The notes beneath the pieces are model-generated. The model searched no databases, was not told where the DNA came from, and saw nothing but the letters and a program-made list of their open reading frames with translations. Shown one piece after another: positions 53,301 through 62,300 of a stretch of DNA of 64,000 nt (its first letter is position 1; each line of letters begins with the position of its first letter). Made by a program: the position numbers and the translations under genes. Source of the stretch: Phoronis australis (lineage: Eukaryota > Animalia > Phoronida); NCBI GenBank assembly GCA_002633005.1, contig NMRA01000799.1:1-64000 (forward strand), given 5' to 3'.

Positions 53301-56300
53301 TACTACTCTGTACAACTCCTACACAGTGGTACCATGTTGACCTATTTGCGTAGTATGTAAATCTGTACTCTGGCTATTGTCGACCTACTATTCTGTGAGC
53401 CTGTCCAGTGAAACTTAAATATATCTGCTCCTGTGTAAACCTGTACAGTGTTACGTTTCAATGTTTTCAGACTCAATTTACTACATTGACCGTAGTCAGG
53501 TACAGAAGATGAGATTAGTGGGAGATAATCGACAAAAAATTGTTGTCAGAGAATTCAACCTCACTGAACCACCCAGTGGACTAACTGTTGTCGGCAGCAA
53601 CATCTACGTAACAGTACCGACTAGGAGTGGCCTGCTGGTCATTGATAAGTGGCTACACAAAACAAGTGTGATTTTGGCAAATGTCTTGTCTGGTCTCTCT
53701 CATGTGTCTTACTCGTCTCTACCAGATGGTGAGCTGCTACTTCGTTATTTGAGCTGTTATTGTATGTAGTGCAATGTTATTGTACAGGTATGTAGTGCAA
53801 TGACAAGGCACTGTTATTGTATGTATTGCACTGATCCGGCACTGTTGTTTTATGTAGTACACTGACCGGAAAGTGTTTTCTATAACATTTTGTGCTCTGA
53901 TATAGATACATGTAAGAGTGTATATTGCTGCCATCGACTTCTGGTGTCCAGGCATCGACCAGTCATCCTCATAGTAGGTTGGCAGATGTGTTCTATAGAG
54001 CTGACAACAGATGAGAATAACCATCAGATAGACGTGATTAACGCAGCTCCCCCTAGTTGCAATTTTATTATTTTATGTTTGCATCTCTGTCTTCAGAGGC
54101 CAATGAATAATGAAATTCAGCAAATAGGTTTCTGTTAAGGCCATGTAGAACCCTAGAAAAATAACAAAACCTGGTAAACTTGCGAGATAGCTGATCAGGT
54201 TGATAATAAAACTTTCCGGGGCTCTTCTTCTGTAGGCCCTGCTCGACCCTAACTTTAGGAATTGTTTATCATAAGGGGCTATCAAACAAAAGTTTTTGGA
54301 AGTTGTATGAAACAAAAGACAGATTGTAACAACGTTTTTAGATACATTGATGTCAACTGAAACTTGAAAGCCAAGGTCAGCACATCATCAACTTGACAGC
54401 AGTTTTCAGAATGTTTACCTGTAGAAAATAAATACTTTTACTGACTTAAAGTCTGTTGTTTGTATCAATTTGGATAAAAACACAGACATATGGACAATAT
54501 CATACATATCGTTGAGAAAACGAGATGTTTTAATTTCCATTTCCAGACAGATTGAAAATTTTGCATGAGCTAAAGGCCATTTTTATTATTTACCGCCTAC
54601 TTTTGGCTTCTGCCTTTTCATTTGTATAACTACTAACAAGATCAGGGCCCGGTTGCATAAAAGTTATACGCCGTATAGCAACAATGACGTCGCATTATCA
54701 CGCGCCACGTTGTTATTGTTGAACAATGCACTTGACGTCACGCAACAATTAAACTTATCCAGCGGATAACTTTTGAAGCTTTATGCAACTCAACCCAGGT
54801 CCCTATTATTGTGGCTCCCCCTAGTGACAATTTTGTATTAATACATCTGCAATTCTCATTAAACCCTTCAAGGATGAATTTGACAATTGGAGCGGGTTTT
54901 TCGGTTCCAGTGTTTTTTTTTGCTGATTGTAACGTGTGCCTGTCGACGGCGAGTAAAACTATGTCTTGTAGAGAACGTTAACTTCCACATCTTTCTGTGT
55001 ATTCTGATTGCGTTATAATGCAAAGTTTTGTATTTTCTTCCTGAGGTATGAGAAAATTGGTACTTAAGCAATTTAACTTGAATCTCATGAAATGATGTGA
55101 AATCTGTGATTGCTCCTTAACTGATGTTGCTGTCATGCCGGATGGCGTTCAGGAAATAGGTAATCATTCTCCACAGTCACGTTATTTAATAATAAGATTA
55201 CATAACAGCAAAGCGTTTTCCTCCACTGACGTTTTATAAGTTATATTTTGTACTTAACATTGCGTTTTCCACTGAAGTGCGTTCCTGTTGTTCCTCTTGT
55301 TTTCCAACAGGCTTCAGCAACTGCAGTATGCATAATGGCGGATGTAGTCACTTCTGCTTCCCGACCTTCGATCCACAGGTCACCTCAGGTCGAGTGTGTG
55401 GTTGTCCTGACAACATGAGATTGGAAGCGGGGACTAACACCTGTAAAGAAAGTAAGTGACGCAAAACTACCAATTTAGTTTAGCCTACAGAACTGTTTAT
55501 GCTCCATGTTAGGCACAGGTCAAAGTTCAAGAATAGAATGAGTGGAATTAGTTGATATTGGGTCATTTCTGCTACTAATGGGCGTTACAAGCATATAAGA
55601 CTGATGTGGAACATTGTCTAGTTCATGTAACAACTGGTAAGAGTCGCAATTAACCCAGTTTCCACTTCTGGTAAGCAAGACGGGCAGAGTCGACAATCTA
55701 CTTCCAGTAGGGAGCATTTTGAAATTTTGGAACAGTTGTCTTAATGATTGCTTATTCTGTCACACAACTGTAGCAGTATGGCAGTTTCACGGTCACAAGA
55801 TATAACAAACGTGCTGACAAACCAAAGATGTTGAGAAGTCTCAGTGCATGATGCGGCAACAATTATTTTCGCCATAGAGTCGATGGATGAGCCGACTAGG
55901 ATAAGCTCTGGTCTACTCCAATCCAACTGGCTCATCCCGCGAGCACTGTCCACTCCGTGTTTTTTGGACCTAAGCCCCGGGCATGCCGGCGTTGTTGTAA
56001 ATGAGCAAGCAGCCCAAGTTGCCAACCAAGCTGTGATACCAGTGCCACTGAAGATTTGTGCACACGTGACGACAAGCTCCTTGGACACAGAACACCAGAG
56101 CGAATATAGCGAGGCCCTTCACCTTCTACGACTATATGTTCAATTTGGCCAGTCAGCTTCCAGCCACCGTAACAGTCCTCTGAGAAGGCTACAGCTCCCT
56201 ACGAGAAACATCACCCCCAATACCCTCCAGTTGATCATCAGCGGGTGTACCTATGGATAGAAGATTTGTGCGCAACGTCTTTTGTGAGCGCACTCGTAGA

Positions 56301-59300
56301 AGGTACAGGGTAATTCAGTCCTTGAATTCTCCACTAGCTGGTACCTGCGGGCTGTCTAATTCACTGACGATGGAAAAATGTGAGCACCACGATCGGAATT
56401 AGAGTATACCGATGGGAAGGCGTTCAGAAATCGTTTGCTGCAAAAGGCTTAATTGCTAAATTTTCTTAGTCCTTATTTATTGATACTAACGTAGCAACTT
56501 GAAAGATAAAAGCAGGAATCAACTAAAAACTCGTGGTCCCTATTTCACAAATTGGACATTACCATGGCCCTTGGTGGATGGTGTTTTCCCACAGTTGCTG
56601 TGTGTATTTCGCTTAAAGCGTAAGCTACGCTTGCCTGTTTGGCAGACTTTGAAATGAGTCTCAAATTTTCTTCCGAACTTTTGAGTGTTCTAAAAGCCTA
56701 CAGAGCAATAATTTGTATCAGAAAAGTTGATGGAAAGTCGTTTTAGTATCTGCTGATAAGCCAAAACCGGGCTTGGTATCCTTTTAAACACCTGGTGTTT
56801 GTTGGTCTTCTGTCTGTCAACAATAATTATTTGAGAGAAAACTCGATGGTTCTCTACAGTTCTCGTAAAAATTAATCACTCAAAATGACCCAAAATTTCC
56901 ATCCATATTCAGCCAAAGACATGTATTGGGAAAGGAAACATGAGGAGTACACTAGTTTTGAATTTTGTTTTCAAGTTCAGCATCAAGTATTGCATTTTAG
57001 GTAACTTGAATTGACTGATTTTGCATATCAACATAGAAAATCTCAGCAATTTTGTCAAACTGCCTTTGTGCGGGTACGCGCGCGCATATATCTGAATGTA
57101 GGTGGGTGAGTGTGTGTGTTTGCGTGTGCGGGTGAGTGTGTGTGTGGGTAGATGTAGAAGTGTTTTTTCTCCAGAGAATATTGAAACAAACTTGACAACA
57201 GTCAGATAACCAACTTAGTGAACTGGTCTCATACATGTGCCCATCAAAAAATAGTCGTCGAAAATCGAAATTTAGACCAAATATTTCGTTAGTTTGGTAT
57301 TTTTCTTTGGTTTTGCATCTTAAGTTTGACAACAACTGTTTAGAAACCAGAGGCATTGCAACGACGTAGATCTATTTATTTTGATAATTGATTACTGTTA
57401 TACACAATACAGTATTGATACTAGTCTCGTTCGCTCAAAGCACAGATATTGGATTTTACGAGCATATGTTGGTCGGTGACTTAGCATCTCGCAAATTGCC
57501 AATTTTGAATTACTATGACTGAAGTTGTTTGTTACACCCAGGAGCTCCATTCTGAAGAATTTAAAACACACATGTTGCCGTCGGGAAAATTAAATGGAAA
57601 CACACGACAGTCTCCATCATTTGAAACGAATATCCCTTGATTATAGTCACATTCAATATATACCCCTTCCGTTGAAGATCTGTGTTGTATTTTTGCGATA
57701 TCCCTGAGTCGCATTACCGCACAGCAGCTTTTTCACGCTAGTTCAGATTTCAACTCTCCTGACTTGTTTCCAGGTGACCCATGTGATAACTCTTACTCAG
57801 AGGGCGGTTGTGAGCAGCTGTGTTTTGTAAAGCCCAACAATGAATCCTTTGTGTGCAATTGTACGTTTGGCTTGAAACTGGCCAATGACAATCGCACGTG
57901 TGTCCCTGGTGAGTGCTTCATTGCTACAGCTTGCGTGAATTTTCAGCTTTGTCTATATTAGATTCTGCAGTACTGTTTTTTTTTTTTTTTTAATACGTTT
58001 ATTTACCCAGAAAGCATATCATTATTGAACAGTAGATACGGCTGGGGTTGGGTAGCCTCAACTACGTATGTTTACAACTTACTAGAGTATAATACATCAT
58101 CTTAATTAAACAAATAAGTATCTGGAAATTACTCCTAATGATTGGGCGAATAATTAGCCGAGAATAATATGAAAGGGGGGGAAACGGGAAGGGGAAGGAC
58201 TTTCATACACTCATTCACACTCACATTCACACGATTTAATTAACTTAACTTATGTACTGTTGACAAGTTCCAAAATGCCATCTGAGTGTTCTCGCAAACT
58301 TCAATTAAGTAGTTTCCAGATTTAAATTTGGGAACTGTTCAAATCTGTCGTCAAAGGTTAAAAACTTGCTCTAGCCCTTACCAAGGAATTACTTGGCATA
58401 GTGAGTCAAAATAGGATGCGGAGGATCCACGTGCTTCCAGTTGGTTTCATAGTTGTGGTGATTTTTCTTTACTCCAGGTGATGTCATTCTACAAATTAGA
58501 GAATATAAAATGTTGTTAAACAACTGCCTACAAGGTGTTTTCGTATGCATGAACACTTTACAGGAGAAAGCTAAAGAGGCAGCTTAATCTTTTGTACAAG
58601 TTCCGTTTTTGTCAACTTTAAGCAGTTCAAGCATCTAATTATATGATGTATATTAATGAACTGATCTACTTGTAAATTGCTTTCCAGCTTATCCTATGCT
58701 GAAATATGAGTTCATTCAAGTGTCCAGTGAAACGCGAGGGGTGTTCCAGATAAACATCGGGGATGGAAACAAAGTCTCTGCATTTAAGGTAGCCATTGCG
58801 ATCCTGCTGTAGATATTAATCAAAATATTCGTCTTTGTTGTCAGCAAACTTAAGTTGTGAGCAATTGTGTGTTGCCTGGCCCAACAAACAAAGAACAGAG
58901 ACTGTGAATTTGACGCTAGAGCATTCATCGTGTGTGACCTACCCTAGCTATGTTGATTGAGGCACTGATGGAGTGAACATTTTGTCAATTTTTAGTGACT
59001 AATGTAGTGATCCATGCAAGGTGTAAGTTATTTCTTGCTCAAATTGAAATCTCAGTGAGTGTTACGATTAAACTTCCCACACTTAAACACAACGGAGGGT
59101 TTGGCGCAACAGCCGAACCTTTGTGGCTAGAAAAACATGACAAAGTACATGTAGCAGTTTTTTATCGAAACTTCTCAAATTTCAACATCTAGTTAATTGC
59201 GTGAACTTGTGTATTATGTCTAACTGTGATCAAATTAGAAGTATGTAACATTTCAAATTAGTGTAAGGTTTATTGATAAATCGCTGCTAATTGTTATCAA

Positions 59301-62300
59301 TCAAAAACCTGAGAACTGATTCAGGAAATGAACACTTGCATACAACCGGTTTCTTTAGACTAACCCCACTGCCATGATGACAAAAACTGTGTACGACGGA
59401 AAATACAATCAAATCTACTGGATCGATGGCTTGAACGTGAAGCAGTCCGCCTCAACCGATTCCATGAAAGTAATCACACTGAGATCAGATGCAGGTATAT
59501 GTTTATTTGATCAAGGTGTGTCTTCATTTTTTTAAGTGGCCATATTGTTTGAAGTGGTGTGTTGTGCTGGGAGTAGTAGACTTGATAGTCTGATCCAGAC
59601 AGTGTAGTACAGGGAATTGAAATTTTCCTGTTGAAGGATTTCATATTTTTGGTTTTGATTTCCTCTCATTTGATTTCCTGTTTCCTTTTTTGTCTTTTTA
59701 CCGTTTTTGTCATTATTCGTGCAAAGTTGCTCTACCTTTCAGGGGCCATGTACAGCGACCTTGCTTTTGAATCCAACATCAGGATCCTTTACGTAGTCGA
59801 CGCCAAGCAGGAACAGGTGTTAGCTTATAGTGTTGACACTAAGCAATGGAAGACCGTCTTGGCCAAACCCAATATTGACAAACCACTGTCAATTGCACTG
59901 CATTCCGCTTCAGGGTAGAGTATTGAAAATTTGTTTGATATCCTCAATACTACTTAGCACATTCTGGTAACTCTATCTGAAGGCAGGACATAGAATGGGT
60001 TTCTCTCTCTCATTTGGCTGGCAACTTGTGAACTGTTTGGTCTTTCCAAGTTGGAAAATAAACTTCACGAAGAGACCTATGTTAATTGCCCTCAATAAAA
60101 TTGCCGAAGCCTTGTCGAATAAAGCCAATGTCTGCTTACGAAAAGAAAAATTTCTTCCTTAAAAGCAACCCATGAAATCAAGAATTTTTGTATTCCTCGA
60201 TGGCCATATCAACTGGATATTTTGTCCAAAAATATTAGCTGAACATCTGTAGCCGTACGGCTATATTTTTCAATCAAATTACTTTTCCTTTTGGATCAAA
60301 GAAATTCTTAAAGCCATATTTTTTCACACATAACTCGAAAACTCCGGGTATCTGGCATATTTTTATTAAGGTCTTTTTAGTTATTTTAATTACGGTTTAA
60401 TTGCTGAGGAACCATTCAGCGGCATTATTCCACGTCAGAATGTATTGGTCATTAGAGGCCTCCCCTTAGCGAAAGATAATTTCTTCACACGATGATGCAT
60501 TCGTTTACATGTACATCATTAGAGTCTTAACTGTTTGACGATTCCTGTTTTTTCAGAACGATGTACATTGGCCGGTATGGCAGTATCGTCAAGACAACTA
60601 TGGATGGAAAAATGATGTCCAGAGTTGTATACGATGTCCAAGCCCCAATTGCAATCGCGCTGTACATTGATATCAAATTTCATGGAAATTACGGACACCA
60701 CGACCCTGGCTCTGCGTTAGACTGTAAGCGAAGGCTGATGCAACACATGGTGTATTGTGGGTGACTTTGAGCTCATGTGGGTTGTGTTTAACGGAAACAT
60801 ACATCCAACTAATGTTCATTTTTGAAAAAAACGTTTGTCCAAGGCATTGTAATCTTTCAAAAATACACAAGCGCCCTCTATATGCTCGGGATATTGACCT
60901 GTAATGCTGCATATCTGTTGCAGTCACCGGTTCATTACTAATATTAATTTGCATTAAAAAGGTTCTTCATCGCAGTAAAAAATTTCTCTTCGAAAAATTT
61001 AGCTTGACCTGATAAATCGATGTTGAATTGTCCGTTAGGCTTTGAGGTTGTTTAGTGGTTTTACCTTTCAAAAACTAGGTCAGGTTTAAAAGTTAACGTT
61101 TTTCTACCTTTCTAAGGGGGGAGTTGATTTCAAGCACAAGAAACGTTGTCGCAATTTTGAAAAATTGTCACATCTTCCCTTAGATATAGACACTATTGAA
61201 ATAGATACTCATGGAAGAGAATATAGTTAATAATTTAGAAGTGCGTTGAATCTTTCTTGAATTTCAACTTTATACATCGTTGTAGACTACTCATGTTTAA
61301 TGTATGGTTTTCACCTTTTCCATCGTACTTACTAATGGACTTACCCTAAGTATCTAACAGTCGAAATTGACCAAACTGCCTCTAAAGGAAAACATCCTAC
61401 TTTGAAGATTGGTTGGGTATTCTTTGCTAGTAGTTATACCATTCCATCAGTTTCATTTCCTGGTTTGATCACCTCAGTATCCAAAAAGTCCATTAGTCTC
61501 AACACATTATACGTGGAGATCTGAAAAATAACATTGATTATATACACTGTAGTAATTGAAAAGCAATAAGCTTGTTTACTACTCTGTACAACTCCTACAC
61601 AGTGGTACCATGTTGACCTATTGCGTAGTATGTAAATCTGTACTCTGGCTATTGTCGACCTACTATTCTATGACCCTGTCCAGTGAAACTTAAATATATC
61701 TACTCCTGTGTAAACCTGTACAGTGTTACGTTTCAATGTTTCCAGACTCAATTTACTACATTGACCGTAGTCAGGTACAGAAGATGAGATTAGTGGGAGA
61801 TAATCGACAAAAAACTGTTGTCAGAGAATTCAACCTCACTGAACCACCCAGTGGACTAACTGTTGTCGGCGGCAACATCTACGTAACAGTACCGACTAGG
61901 AGTGGCCTCCTGGTCATTGATAAGTGGCTACACAAAACAAGTGTGATTTTGGCAAATGTCTTGTCTGGTCTCTCTCATGTGTCTTACTCGTCTCTACCAG
62001 ATGGTGAGCTGCTACTTCGTTATTTGAGCTGTTATTGTATGTAGTGCACTGTTATTGTACAGGTATGTAGTGCAATGACAAGGCACTGTTATTGTATGTA
62101 TTGCACTGATCCGGCACTGTTGTTTTATGTAGTACACTGACCGGAAAGTGTTTTCTATAACATTTTGTGCTCTGATATAGATAAGAGTGCATATTGCTGC
62201 CATCGACTTCTGGTGTCCAGGCATCGACCAGTCATCGTCATAGTAGGTTGGCAGATGTGTTCTATAGAGCTGACAACAGATGAGAATAACCATCAGATAG

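Noticed and set aside
19046-55451. Assigning the symbol LRP4/5/6
   Set aside because: Divergent propellers, no LDL-A/TM exons, sushi domain present; orthology cannot be supported.
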